Source: Candidatus Woesebacteria bacterium
GTDB lineage: Bacteria; Patescibacteriota; Microgenomatia; UBA12405
Direction of reading: 5' to 3'
NCBI GenBank assembly: GCA_035402805.1
Contig: DAONDY010000002.1
Location: 149,963 to 213,962, forward strand
DNA: 64,000 bases
This document shows positions 37,544 to 47,403 of the stretch, one piece after another (the stretch's first letter is position 1; every line of letters begins with the position of its first letter). The translations under genes and the position numbers were made by a program. The notes below the pieces were generated by a model. That model was given only the letters and a program-made list of their open reading frames with translations, made no database searches and was not told the DNA's origin.

Positions 37544-38014
37544 ATGATATTAGGAATAGACCCAGGTTTAGCCAATACTGGATGGGCGATATTAAGCGAT
37601 GAAAAAACTTTGGTGGAGTGTGGATGCTTAAAAACTAAAATCAGCGACGGATCGGCCTTGAGATTAGATCAGATTTATTGTGAATTAGAAGGATTAATTA
37701 AAAAATACAAAATTGAAGCAATTGCTATTGAAACATTATTTTTTGCCAAAAATGCCAAGTCGGCATTAAAAGTAGCGGAAGCAATTGGAGTGATTAAAGT
37801 TTGTGGGCAGAGAAATAAAATTGAAGTGGTGGGTTTTACGCCGTTACAAGTTAAAATGGCTTTGGTTGGTTATGGGCGAGCCGAAAAAGAACAAGTGGAA
37901 ATAATGGTGAGAAATTTTTTGAATTTAGAGAAGAATATTAGTCCGAGTCATGCTTCGGATGCGGTGGCAGTAGCTTTGACTTATTTGTTTACTAATAAAA
38001 ATTTAGCTATTTGA
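37544..38014 (+). CDS. ruvC: Holliday junction resolvase RuvC
   Basis: ILGIDPGLA.TGW, ETLFF.KN, P.QVK...GYGRAEK.QV, DA.AVA. Confidence 0.96.
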   Translation: MILGIDPGLANTGWAILSDEKTLVECGCLKTKISDGSALRLDQIYCELEGLIKKYKIEAIAIETLFFAKNAKSALKVAEAIGVIKVCGQRNKIEVVGFTPLQVKMALVGYGRAEKEQVEIMVRNFLNLEKNISPSHASDAVAVALTYLFTNKNLAI

Positions 38015-38076
38015 TATAGTTTGTAGATATTGGGATATAGGTTTGGTTTTTATTCGGTTTAGTGTAAAATGGAGCT

Positions 38077-38649
38077 ATGATTTCTAGTCTTAAAGGTGAA
38101 ATTTTAACTATAGGAAATAATTATTTGGAAATAGAAGTTAGTGGGGTAGGTTATTTGGTTTGGTGTGGATTAAATTTCTTAAAAAGAAAAACAGCGGGTG
38201 AAATTTGTCAGATTTATACTTATCAGTCGGTTTCGGAAAATGATATTTCTTTGTTTGGCTTTGAAAGTCGAGATGAGGTTAATCTATTTAAAATGTTGAT
38301 TTCGGTGTCGGGGGTGGGGCCGAAAACTGGAGCTCAAATAATGGGTCAGGTAAATAGCGAGGAGATAATTAAAGCGATTGGAAATGCTGATGTAGGATTT
38401 TTTGAAAAGGTAAAGGGAATTGGTAAAAAAACAGCTCAAAGAATTATTGTTGATTTGAAGTCAAAAATCGGCGGTTTAGGGGAATTGGATTTAACTAAAG
38501 ACGAAAATAAAAATATCGATGATGATTTGAGTTTAAGTTTAAAACAATTAGGTTTTGATAAAAAAGAAATTGAAAAAGTAGTGGCTAAATTACCAAAAGA
38601 ATTAATAACTATTGAAGAAAAATTAGAATGGTGTTTAAGTAAAATATGA
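38077..38649 (+). CDS. ruvA: Holliday junction branch migration protein RuvA
   Basis: MI..LKG, GVGY, LFGF, LISVSGVGPK, GIGKKTAQRI..DLK. Confidence 0.96.
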   Translation: MISSLKGEILTIGNNYLEIEVSGVGYLVWCGLNFLKRKTAGEICQIYTYQSVSENDISLFGFESRDEVNLFKMLISVSGVGPKTGAQIMGQVNSEEIIKAIGNADVGFFEKVKGIGKKTAQRIIVDLKSKIGGLGELDLTKDENKNIDDDLSLSLKQLGFDKKEIEKVVAKLPKELITIEEKLEWCLSKI

Positions 38650-39611
38650 CGGATAAAAATTTAAATCCTAAAGCAGAAGTGAACGAAAAAGTAGTGGAAA
38701 AAAGTTTGCGTCCTCAAAAATTAAATGAGTTTATTGGCCAGGAAAAATTAAAAGAACAATTAAAGATTTTTTTAGAGGCGGCCAAAACTCGAGGTGAGGC
38801 CTTGGATCATATTTTGTTTTATGGTCCTCCAGGTTTAGGAAAAACAACTTTAGCTTGTTTGATGGCTAAAGAAATGGGAAGTAATATTAAAATGACCTCA
38901 GGCCCGGCCTTAACAAGAGCTGGAGATTTAGCCTCGATTTTGACTGGTCTTAAAAAGGGCGATTTTTTGTTTATTGATGAAATTCATAGATTAAATAAAT
39001 TAGTAGAAGAAATGCTTTATAGTGCTATGGAGGATTTTGCTTTAGACATTGTTTTAGGAAAAGGACCATCGGCAAAAACTGTCAGACTTAATTTACAAAA
39101 ATTTACCTTAGTTGGGGCAACAACAAGAATTGGATTAATTAGCGGTCCTATGAGAGACCGATTTGGCTATGTCCAACAGTTGGATTTTTATGAAAATAGT
39201 GATTTATCAGAAATTATTGAAAGAACAGGGGAAGTTTTAAAAGTAAAAATTGATCCGATAGCAGCCAAGCAGATTGCAAAAAGATCGAGAGGGACTCCAA
39301 GAATTGCCAATCGATTATTACGTAGGGTTCGTGATTATGCTCAAATAAAAAATGATGGATTAATTACCTTAAAGGAAGTAGAAGAAGCTTTAAAAATGTT
39401 GGGAGTGGATGGGGAAGGGCTCTCTGATGCTGATAGAAAATATTTAGAAGTAATCGAAAAACAATATAATAGAGGACCAGTAGGAGTGGAGAACATTGCG
39501 GCGGCATTAACCGAAGATGTGGGAACAATAACAGAGGTTTACGAACCGTTTTTGATGAAAAAGGGACTAATTAAGAGAACACCTAAGGGCAGGGTGTTGA
39601 CAAAGAAATAA
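38646..39611 (+). CDS. ruvB: Holliday junction branch migration helicase RuvB
   Basis: LRP..L.EFIGQ, GPPGLGKTT, DEIHR, GATTR.G, RGTPRIANRLLRRVRD. Confidence 0.98.
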   Translation: MTDKNLNPKAEVNEKVVEKSLRPQKLNEFIGQEKLKEQLKIFLEAAKTRGEALDHILFYGPPGLGKTTLACLMAKEMGSNIKMTSGPALTRAGDLASILTGLKKGDFLFIDEIHRLNKLVEEMLYSAMEDFALDIVLGKGPSAKTVRLNLQKFTLVGATTRIGLISGPMRDRFGYVQQLDFYENSDLSEIIERTGEVLKVKIDPIAAKQIAKRSRGTPRIANRLLRRVRDYAQIKNDGLITLKEVEEALKMLGVDGEGLSDADRKYLEVIEKQYNRGPVGVENIAAALTEDVGTITEVYEPFLMKKGLIKRTPKGRVLTKK

Positions 39612-39612
39612 A

Positions 39613-39870
39613 TTATTCGGTTTGGATACCAAGTAACCAAAGAACAGCTTCTTTTCGATAACGGCGATCACCACGAGCATTAATGCGGATAGCGGGGAGT
39701 TTGCCTCGTTTACCCCATCTTTTGATGGTTAATTTACTAACGCGGAGTAGATCGGCGACTTCGGCGACGGTTAAAAGGTCGGGAAGATTGTCGATGGAGA
39801 CTCCATTAATTTTTTTGGGGGTGGATGGTTGTTTCACAAGTTTCTCTTGTGATTCGTTTTGATAGTCCAT
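39613..39870 (-). CDS. MerR-like/excisionase-type HTH (HTH_17) protein
   Basis: LLTVAEVADLLRVSKLTIKRWGKRGKLPAIRINARGDRRY. Confidence 0.88.
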   Translation of the reverse strand: MDYQNESQEKLVKQPSTPKKINGVSIDNLPDLLTVAEVADLLRVSKLTIKRWGKRGKLPAIRINARGDRRYRKEAVLWLLGIQTE

Positions 39871-39951
39871 TGAGTGGCTCCTCTTATATCGGAATAATGA
39901 TTAATTAATATCAGTAAAACATATTAGATATTAGTGTGTCAATAATCAATT

Positions 39952-40050
39952 AAAACCTACCCCTAACCCCTCCCTTAAAAAAGGAGGGGGAAATGTTTAT
40001 TTTTCTCCCTTTGTTAAGGGGAGATGTCACGAAGTGACAGAGAGGATTTT
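39952..40050. repeat. REP-like doublet, family A copy 3
   Basis: CCTACCCCTAACCCCTCCCTT-AAAA-AAGGAGGGG left half; core at 40002-40027 + CACGAAGTG + ACAGAGAGGATT. Confidence 0.85.
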
Positions 40051-40066
40051 TAGTGTAGAATTGTTT

Positions 40067-41056
40067 ATGGACTATAAAATTGCATTTTTTGGAGTTAAAA
40101 GTTGGGAAAGAGAAATTATAGAAAAAAAGATTGCAGGGTTGGATGTTTTTGGGGTGGGGATTTTTGAGGGGGAAATTCAAGATAATTTAGAATTGGCGGC
40201 AAAATATGACATTATTTCGCCTTTTATTTATTCAAAAATGGATAAAGAGGTGTTGAATAAATTGCCGAATTTGAAAATGATTGCTACCAGATCGACGGGG
40301 ATGGATCATATAGATATTAGTGAGTGTGATAAGAGAAAAATAAAAGTAGTTAATGTACCGATTTATGGTTCAAACACAGTGGCGGAATATACTTTTGCTT
40401 TATTGTTGGCAATTGCTAAAAAAATAGTAGTGGCTCATCAATCAGTGGAGGATGGTGAATTCAATCCAGAGGGTTTAACTGGAGTGGATTTGTATGGAAA
40501 AACTTTAGGAGTAATAGGTTGTGGAAAAATAGGGCAAAACGTGATCAAGATTGCTAAAGGCTTTGGAATGAAGGTTTTAGGAGTTGATGGTAAACAAGAT
40601 CATCTTTTGGCTAAAAAAGTTGGTTTTAAATATGTAAGTTTAGAAGATTGTTTGCAGGAGTCGGATTTTATAACACTTCATGTGCCAGCTATACCAGAGA
40701 CATTTCATATGATTAATAAGAAAAATATTAAATTGATGAAAAAGGGAAGTTATCTGATTAATACTTCGCGGGGAGCGGTAATTGAAACTGAGGCAATTGT
40801 GTGGGCATTAAATAATAAAATTTTGACTGGGGCGGCTTTGGATGTAACCGAGGAAGAAAATCTTTTGGAAAGTATGAGTGTGGTGATGAGCAGAAAAATT
40901 ACTAAAGATGATTTACAGGAGGTTTTGAGTTTTCATATGCTTCGAGATCGGGATGATGTAATATTCACGCCGCATAATGCTTTTAATACTAAAGAAGCAA
41001 TTGAAAGAATTGTAGAAACGACGATTGAAAATATTAAGAACTTTTTAAAGAATTAA
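40067..41056 (+). CDS. D-isomer-specific 2-hydroxyacid (D-lactate-type) dehydrogenase
   Basis: ATRSTG.DHID, VAEY, GCGKIG, LINTSRG, LDV.E.E, TPHNAFNT; start moved to ATG 40067. Confidence 0.92.
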   Translation: MDYKIAFFGVKSWEREIIEKKIAGLDVFGVGIFEGEIQDNLELAAKYDIISPFIYSKMDKEVLNKLPNLKMIATRSTGMDHIDISECDKRKIKVVNVPIYGSNTVAEYTFALLLAIAKKIVVAHQSVEDGEFNPEGLTGVDLYGKTLGVIGCGKIGQNVIKIAKGFGMKVLGVDGKQDHLLAKKVGFKYVSLEDCLQESDFITLHVPAIPETFHMINKKNIKLMKKGSYLINTSRGAVIETEAIVWALNNKILTGAALDVTEEENLLESMSVVMSRKITKDDLQEVLSFHMLRDRDDVIFTPHNAFNTKEAIERIVETTIENIKNFLKN

Positions 41057-41520
41057 TTTCTACTAAAATCATCATCAAGGCGAACGATATCGTCTTCAGT
41101 TGATGGGTTTGATGGATCTAGATGTTTCCAAATTTCGGCGATTATACCTGGTTTTTTAAAGCCACAAAGCCGATGATTTTCTTTATTTTTGAGGGTAATT
41201 GACTCTCCGGTATTTAAGATAAATTCCTGGCCGTTGGCAATAACTTTAACTGGTCCTTGAACTACGTACCATTCTTCGTCTCGTTTATTATGAATTTGAA
41301 GAGAAAGTTTTTTATCGGGTTCGACAATAAGGATTTTAGGACTGATAAATTGATTGTTAGATTGGAAATTAGGAAAGAAAAGCTTTAAAAAAGTGTCCAA
41401 ACAGTCAGCTGAAATATGCCAAAAAGCACCCCATGGCCTTTCTAAATCTTTAGAGGCAATGACCAGTTTATTATCAACTAACCATTTTTCTGTTTGTTCG
41501 ATTAGCTGGTTTTTTGTCAT
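41053..41520 (-). CDS. Mannose-6-phosphate isomerase-like cupin (ManC C-terminal type)
   Basis: RPWG, LSLQ.H.KR.E.W, HRL, E.DIVRL.DDF.R. Confidence 0.88.
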   Translation of the reverse strand: MTKNQLIEQTEKWLVDNKLVIASKDLERPWGAFWHISADCLDTFLKLFFPNFQSNNQFISPKILIVEPDKKLSLQIHNKRDEEWYVVQGPVKVIANGQEFILNTGESITLKNKENHRLCGFKKPGIIAEIWKHLDPSNPSTEDDIVRLDDDFSRN

Positions 41521-41543
41521 GCTTATATTATATAATGATTTAT

Positions 41544-42599
41544 ATGAAACCAGTCATTATCTGCGGTGGTGTAGGTTCAAAAATGTGGCCAATGAGTCGC
41601 AGTACTATGCCAAAACATTTTTTACCGTTGATTAACGGTAAGTCTTTGTTTCAATTAAATTGGGAAGCCTTAAGAAGGAGATTTAGTCCAGAAGAAATTT
41701 TTTTACAGACTAATGAAGTTCAAGCTAAAATTGCCAAAAATTTAATTCCAGAAATTATTGAAGAAAATATTTTTATTGAACCAGAAATGAGAAATCAGGG
41801 TCCGGCAACTGGATTTGCGGCGGCTCAATTAATTAAAAGAGGCTTTGGAGACGAACCTTTTATATTGGTCCAAGCAGATGTTTTAAGAGAGCCAGATGAG
41901 GAATTTTTAAAAATGATTGGAGAAGTGGAAAAATTAGCTGGAGCTAACGATAAATATATTACTGGTGGTTTTGCTCCACAAACTATTGTTAGGGGGGTGG
42001 ATTATTTGGTTAAAGGAAATTTAATTAGTGAAGAAAATGGGGTCAAAATATTTGAAGTGGCTGATTATATAGATAGAACCGAGGAAGAAAAAATTAAGGA
42101 ATATTTGGGTGGTGATAAATTGCTTTTACATGCCAATCACACCACCATGACACCAAATAATTTATTAAAAATGTATCAAAAATATAAGCCGGAATGGTAT
42201 GAGCCATTGGTAGCTATTTCTACTAATGGTGATGTGGTGACTGAATATGGAAAAATGCCAAAAGCAGGAATTGAAGAAGTTACAAAATTGGTTTATAAAA
42301 GTGGAGAGGCTTTAGTGGTGGAATTACCTTTTAATTGGGTTGATTTTGGGACTTGGGAATCGGTGGCCAATTATATGAGAGAAAAGAGTATGTATAACCC
42401 AGAAGACGTTTTTGAAGTTGAAAGCCAAAATAATTTTGTTTATAGAAAAGACAAAAAATATGTGGCTTTAATTGGGGTAGAAAACTTGGTTGTGATAGAT
42501 ACGGCTGATGGTTTATTGATAACTAAAAAGGATCAAACAGGGAAAGTGGGGACGGTGGTTGATAAGTTAAAAGAAGAAAATAGAAGCGAATTGATTTAA
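41544..42599 (+). CDS. manC: Mannose-1-phosphate guanylyltransferase
   Basis: IICGG.GSKMWPMSR...PK.F, EP..RN.GPA, W.DFGTW, LIGVENLVVIDT.DGLLI. Confidence 0.88.
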   Translation: MKPVIICGGVGSKMWPMSRSTMPKHFLPLINGKSLFQLNWEALRRRFSPEEIFLQTNEVQAKIAKNLIPEIIEENIFIEPEMRNQGPATGFAAAQLIKRGFGDEPFILVQADVLREPDEEFLKMIGEVEKLAGANDKYITGGFAPQTIVRGVDYLVKGNLISEENGVKIFEVADYIDRTEEEKIKEYLGGDKLLLHANHTTMTPNNLLKMYQKYKPEWYEPLVAISTNGDVVTEYGKMPKAGIEEVTKLVYKSGEALVVELPFNWVDFGTWESVANYMREKSMYNPEDVFEVESQNNFVYRKDKKYVALIGVENLVVIDTADGLLITKKDQTGKVGTVVDKLKEENRSELI

Positions 42600-42602
42600 A
42601 CT

Positions 42603-42628
42603 AAAAAACCCGCCAAATGGCGGGTTTT
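42603..42628. terminator. Bidirectional terminator between convergent manC and rplL
   Basis: AAAAAACCCGCCA-AA-TGGCGGGTTTT. Confidence 0.88.
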
Positions 42629-42648
42629 AAAAAGTTAAAATAAAAGAA

Positions 42649-43059
42649 TTATTTTAATTCAACTTGAGCACCAGCAGCTTCTAATTTAGCTTTAGCATCA
42701 TTAGCAGCATCTTTTTTCATGGTACCTAAATCAGCTGGACAGGCATCGACCATATCTTTAGCTTCTTTTAAACCAAGTTCTGGTTTAAATTCTCGAACAG
42801 CTTTGATGACGGCAATTTTATTGGCGCCAGCAGAAGTGATGACGACATCAAATTCAGTCTTTTCTTCAGCAGCAGGAGCGGCAGCAGCACCACCAGCAAC
42901 GGCAGCACCAGCAGCAGCTACAGGAGCAGCAGCGACGGCCTTGACATCAAATTTTTCTTCAAGAGCCTTAACTAATTCGGAAAGCTCAAGAACTGAGAGT
43001 TCGGCTACAGAATCGAGTAATTTTTCGATTTTAGCACTTACTTTTTTATCTTCTGACAT
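42649..43059 (-). CDS. rplL: 50S ribosomal protein L7/L12
   Basis: [16 protein letters not shown]; Ala hinge; EEKTEFDV...KIAVIK.VR...LGLKEAK. Confidence 0.98.
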   Translation of the reverse strand: MSEDKKVSAKIEKLLDSVAELSVLELSELVKALEEKFDVKAVAAAPVAAAGAAVAGGAAAAPAAEEKTEFDVVITSAGANKIAVIKAVREFKPELGLKEAKDMVDACPADLGTMKKDAANDAKAKLEAAGAQVELK

Positions 43060-43121
43060 AGATTTTTAATTTAATTAATAATTAATAGTTTATAAAGTTA
43101 AAAGTTTATCAAGTTTTAAAC

Positions 43122-43634
43122 TTATTTTTGTTTTTCAGAAATGGCTTTAAGAGTTAAAACCAATTGAGTTTGGTTAAAACGGAGAGCATAAGCCAATCTT
43201 TGGAGAGGATTTTTGAGTCCACCAATAAATTGAGCAATAAGAGTGCTTTTGGAAGGTAGAGTTAAAAAGGTTTTTAATTCATCTAGGGATAAAAGTTTTT
43301 TATCGTAGATACCATATTTGAAGGTAGTTTTTTCCTTAGCTTTATTAACTTTATCGATTTCTTTTAAAGGAGCAATTTCATCTTCGTTACAAAAAGTAAC
43401 AGCGGTGGGACCAGTTAAAACTTCTGGTAGGGTAATGCCTAATTTTTCTAAAGCTCTGGTTAAAAGAGAGTTTTTAACAACTTCGATTGAACCACCAGTA
43501 TTTTTAACATTGGCACGAAGATCAGTAGTGTCAGCGGCATTTAGACCTTGATATTGAATTAAGGCAACTGATTTAGCGGCACTAATTTTTTTAGCGACGT
43601 CTTCGACTTGATTGATTTTTAGTTGAGTAGTCAT
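43122..43634 (-). CDS. rplJ: 50S ribosomal protein L10
   Basis: YQGL....LR, V.KN.L, LTGPTA, LPSK..L; upstream of rplL. Confidence 0.95.
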   Translation of the reverse strand: MTTQLKINQVEDVAKKISAAKSVALIQYQGLNAADTTDLRANVKNTGGSIEVVKNSLLTRALEKLGITLPEVLTGPTAVTFCNEDEIAPLKEIDKVNKAKEKTTFKYGIYDKKLLSLDELKTFLTLPSKSTLIAQFIGGLKNPLQRLAYALRFNQTQLVLTLKAISEKQK

Positions 43635-43641
43635 ATTTTTT

Positions 43642-43736
43642 TATAAAAAAACCTCGCCGAAGTGCGAGGGTAATGTAAAACAAGATAAATTGTTTTGCCT
43701 CGGCGGGATTTATTTTTGTACCTGCTGTCTTCGGTT
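43642..43736 (-). ncRNA. L10 leader (ribosomal protein autoregulatory RNA) with terminator-like hairpin
   Basis: Minus strand reads CCGAAGACAGCAGG...TAAATCCCGCCGAGG, then CCTCGC-ACTTCG-GCGAGG-TTTTTTT just upstream of rplJ. Confidence 0.85.
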
Positions 43737-43836
43737 GATGGGTTTATTGTACTAAGAAATAGTTTAAATGTAAAGAATTAAAAAAAGAAGGTCTGGGGAA
43801 GCAATGGTTTAAATTGTTTCCCGAGACCTCGGATGT

Positions 43837-44199
43837 TTATAACGAAGATTGTTCTTTTTGTGGATTTGATAATCGACTTATTTTTGATTTGAGAGCGGCA
43901 ATAATTTCTGGAGGGAGATTTCTAGGTGATTGAAGAATTAATTCTAACAAAACAAGATTACGACATCTGTTGAGGATAAAATCTTTTATGTCGGGAATTC
44001 TATTATTTAGGGCAGAAATAGGTTTGGGTAGATAAATTCTGAAAGCACAGATCCAGTCTGGGATATTGAAGGTGTCGATGGGTCGATGAGAAATTTCGTG
44101 GCAGAGTTTTTCTTTCCTTCTTTTTAACAAATGGTTAAAACTTAATTCTCCCACAATGTTAGCGATGGTCATTTTTTCTGGATCTGGTTTTTCTCTCAT
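43837..44199 (-). CDS. Hypothetical protein (ORFan)
   Basis: GAGAGG SD before ATG 44199; downstream long hairpin plus T-tract (43780-43832). Confidence 0.55.
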   Translation of the reverse strand: MREKPDPEKMTIANIVGELSFNHLLKRRKEKLCHEISHRPIDTFNIPDWICAFRIYLPKPISALNNRIPDIKDFILNRCRNLVLLELILQSPRNLPPEIIAALKSKISRLSNPQKEQSSL

Positions 44200-44415
44200 A
44201 AATAATACCTCTCTTCGTATTTTTGGAGTTTTGGACAGACCTAAGGACAATCTAGGGTATAAAGGTGCAAATAACTGGAAGCGCAGGGTTGCTTGGTTAT
44301 TTTTAGTAACTTTCGGAAGTATAATCTGGTTTAATTTTTTTTCAACTGTTTGTTTATAAAAGAGTAATTTTAAGATATACTACCCTATAGATAAAAATTA
44401 TAATTTTTCTAATTT

Positions 44416-44991
44416 ATGAAAATATACTTTATCGCATCTTCTCGATTAGTTGGAGCTAATCCAAAACTATATACAAAAATATATAATTATCTGTCCAAGG
44501 GTTATAAAATGGTTAGTGATAAGGTGATAAAATGGGTAAAAATGGGAATTAAAGATGTGAGTAACTCGCCGATTAAATTTACTAAAGAAAATTATATTCA
44601 GTCGTTGGAAGCAGTTAAAAAAGCAGATGTTGTAGTGATGGAAGTGACTGGTCATAGTATGTCGATGGGTTATTTGATTAGTAAAGCTTTGGAAATGAAT
44701 AAACCAGTGGTGGCTTTGCATAAAAAAGAATATATTCCGGTGTTTATTAAAGGAATTGGTGATCAAAAATTGATAATTTCGGAATATGGAGAAAATGATG
44801 TGGAAGAAGTAATTGAAAAGGCTTTAAAAAAGGCTAATAGTTTGATTGATGTTAGATTTAATTTTTTTGTGAGTCCAAAAATTTTGAATTATTTAGATTG
44901 GGTGGCTTCAAAAAAAATGTTGCCCCGATCAGTATTTTTGAGAAATTTGATCGATCGTGAGATGAAAAAGGATAAGGAATTTAAGAATTAA
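44416..44991 (+). CDS. Nucleoside 2-deoxyribosyltransferase-like domain fused to ribbon-helix-helix
   Basis: MKIYF.AS, KADVVV.E.T..S.S.GY....AL...KPV; C-terminal RFNFFVSP..L.YLDW...PRSVFLR.LI. Confidence 0.7.
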   Translation: MKIYFIASSRLVGANPKLYTKIYNYLSKGYKMVSDKVIKWVKMGIKDVSNSPIKFTKENYIQSLEAVKKADVVVMEVTGHSMSMGYLISKALEMNKPVVALHKKEYIPVFIKGIGDQKLIISEYGENDVEEVIEKALKKANSLIDVRFNFFVSPKILNYLDWVASKKMLPRSVFLRNLIDREMKKDKEFKN

Positions 44992-46186
44992 TTTTTTGTC
45001 TAAATTTATTTTTAGTTTTTAGCCAATAGGGAGATTGACGGCAAATTTTTTTAGAATCAGATGGATTTTTAAGAATCGATTTGACTAATTCTTCAAGAAA
45101 AATGGTGTTTTGTGAACCTTTTACTAAAATAGTTTCTCCACCAGTAATTTTTTCTTTTAAAAATTCAGCCGCAGTCCACCAGTTATCGAATTTTTGAGAT
45201 TTATCACCAAAATATTTAGTAGTTTCTGAGCCAACACTAATAATTAGATCGGCTGATTTTAAAGCTTGTTGATATATTTTTTGATGTTCTTCTGAAGTGG
45301 TGTGGCCGATTTCTCTCATGTCGCCTAAAACAGCAATTTTTTTGCTTTTGAAATTGGATAAAAATTTAAGTAATTCGGAACAGGCAATAGGGGAGGAATT
45401 GTAAGAACTATCAATAATAGTTGTGTTTTTAATTCCTTCTAGAATAGAAGAACGTGATGGCGGTAAAGAAAAATTTTCTTGAATATTTTTAATAGCATCA
45501 CTAGCTTTGATATTAAAAACTTGAGCCAAGCTAAGGGCAGCTCCAAAGCTAATCTGATAAACGTCGGGAAGATAAAAATTAGTGAATTTAATTTTAGTTG
45601 GAGTAACGTTAATTATATTTTTATTTTTGGTATATTTTTGGACTAATTTATCTTGATTATTAATAATGGCAATTTTGGCCTGGTTAACTAATTTTGCTTT
45701 TTCTTGAGCAATTTGTTTGAGTGAATCAAAATTATTTAGATGAACTGAGCTAACATTGAGAAAGATACCAATATTTGGCTTGACTATTGATAATAAATAT
45801 TCCATATTTTTTGGCCAAGAAGCAGAATCAATACCCATTTCTAAAATTAAAACATCATAGGATTGCCAATTAGTAAGATATCTTATGGGTGAAAGAACGA
45901 TTATTGATAACCAATCAAAAAAATTATAATTATTAGGTTTGAGATTAAGTATGCTTAAGGGTAGTCCAGATTCAGAGTTGCAATTATTGTTAGTTTTTAT
46001 TTTATATCTTTTAGGAAAGATTGATTTACAGGCGATAAGAGTGGAACTTTTTCCAGCAGAGCCAGTAATACCAATAATATCTAATTGTTTCTTTTTGATT
46101 TTTTGAATAAATCTAACTTTAGAAAGTTGAAGTTTTGCAAAAAACTTGATGTAATTTAAAACCAGGAGTGAGATGTTTTTTTTCAT
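44981..46186 (-). CDS. murF: UDP-MurNAc-tripeptide--D-Ala-D-Ala ligase (MurF-like)
   Basis: GITGSAGKSST, LEMG, IDSSYNSSP, VLGDMREIG, LVKGSQ. Confidence 0.85.
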   Translation of the reverse strand: MKKNISLLVLNYIKFFAKLQLSKVRFIQKIKKKQLDIIGITGSAGKSSTLIACKSIFPKRYKIKTNNNCNSESGLPLSILNLKPNNYNFFDWLSIIVLSPIRYLTNWQSYDVLILEMGIDSASWPKNMEYLLSIVKPNIGIFLNVSSVHLNNFDSLKQIAQEKAKLVNQAKIAIINNQDKLVQKYTKNKNIINVTPTKIKFTNFYLPDVYQISFGAALSLAQVFNIKASDAIKNIQENFSLPPSRSSILEGIKNTTIIDSSYNSSPIACSELLKFLSNFKSKKIAVLGDMREIGHTTSEEHQKIYQQALKSADLIISVGSETTKYFGDKSQKFDNWWTAAEFLKEKITGGETILVKGSQNTIFLEELVKSILKNPSDSKKICRQSPYWLKTKNKFRQKINS

Positions 46187-47313
46187 ATAATTTTTCTTTT
46201 AATTGATGAGTGTAGTGAGCAAATAAGAACATGAATGGGAATACCTAAAGTGGCACATAATTTGTAAGCTGAACAGGGGTCTTTGATATTAGGTGAAATA
46301 ATAGTAACTTTGTCACCAATTTTAGCATCAATAGTTCTAGGGATTTTAACTATAGTCATATTCATATTAATATTCCCGACAATAGGGCATTTGGTATCTT
46401 GAATTAAAAAAGAAGCATTATTGCTTAGTCTATAAGGAATGCCTTCGTAATAACCGGCAGTAATAATGCCAATAAGTTCATCTTGCTTGGCAATATAACT
46501 ACCACCATAACTGACTTGAGAACCAGATTTGATTTGTTTGATTAAGGCTAAACGAGAAGTGAAATTTAAGGCTGGTTTTAAAAATAATTTTTGAGTGCGA
46601 GCTTCGGTGGTGTGATTTCCAAAAGGGGAATAGCCGTAAAAACCAAGACCAAGACGAACAAGATTGAAATAAGAATCATGAGTAATAGAAGCACCGGCAG
46701 TGGCAGATATATGTTTGTATTTAAATTTAAAACCAGACTTTTCAAAAAGAGAAACCATTTCTTTAAATAATTTAATTTGACGGTTAGTAAAGCTTATTTT
46801 TTGGGGATCACTGGCTTGAGAAAGATGAGAATAAATGCCTTCGACTTTGAGATGGGGATATTTTTTGAGAGTGGTAATAAATTGGGGAATATCTTTCTTT
46901 TGAAGACCAAGGCGACACATGCCAGTGTCCAATTTGATATGGACTTTGGCGTTAGATTGATGTTTATTTAAAGCTTCAAGAGATTCGATATCGTAAACGG
47001 TGAAGGTAAAAGGCAGTTTTTTCCAGACTTGATAGTTTTTGGGATCGGTATAACCCATGATCATAATAGGAGTTTTGATGTCCTGTTTGTAAAGTTCATA
47101 AGCCTCGTAAAGAGAATCAACCATAATATAAGGAATGTTTTTAAAATGTTTGTCAATGATTTGAGCTACTTGAGATAAGCCATGTCCATAGGCATTAGAT
47201 TTTAAAACGGGGCAGATATAGCAATTAGGATTGATTTTTTGGAAGTAATTATAATTATTAATTAGAGCAGAAGAATCGATAGTTATTTCATTTAAAGTTT
47301 GGTATTCAGACAT
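46183..47313 (-). CDS. alr: Alanine racemase
   Basis: VLKSNAYGHG (PLP Lys), HIKLDTGM.RLG, VSYG, GY.EG; start moved to ATG 47313. Confidence 0.95.
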   Translation of the reverse strand: MSEYQTLNEITIDSSALINNYNYFQKINPNCYICPVLKSNAYGHGLSQVAQIIDKHFKNIPYIMVDSLYEAYELYKQDIKTPIMIMGYTDPKNYQVWKKLPFTFTVYDIESLEALNKHQSNAKVHIKLDTGMCRLGLQKKDIPQFITTLKKYPHLKVEGIYSHLSQASDPQKISFTNRQIKLFKEMVSLFEKSGFKFKYKHISATAGASITHDSYFNLVRLGLGFYGYSPFGNHTTEARTQKLFLKPALNFTSRLALIKQIKSGSQVSYGGSYIAKQDELIGIITAGYYEGIPYRLSNNASFLIQDTKCPIVGNINMNMTIVKIPRTIDAKIGDKVTIISPNIKDPCSAYKLCATLGIPIHVLICSLHSSIKRKII

Positions 47314-47403
47314 GACTAATGATAACATATTGACTTTGTAAGTCAATAATTAGGTATAATATTTGTGTTTGCAATTAAAAATAATTACTGCTATAATAGC
47401 GTT

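Noticed and set aside
39613-39870. Prophage excisionase marking an integrated element
   Set aside because: No integrase, phage genes or att repeats nearby; flanked by housekeeping genes.
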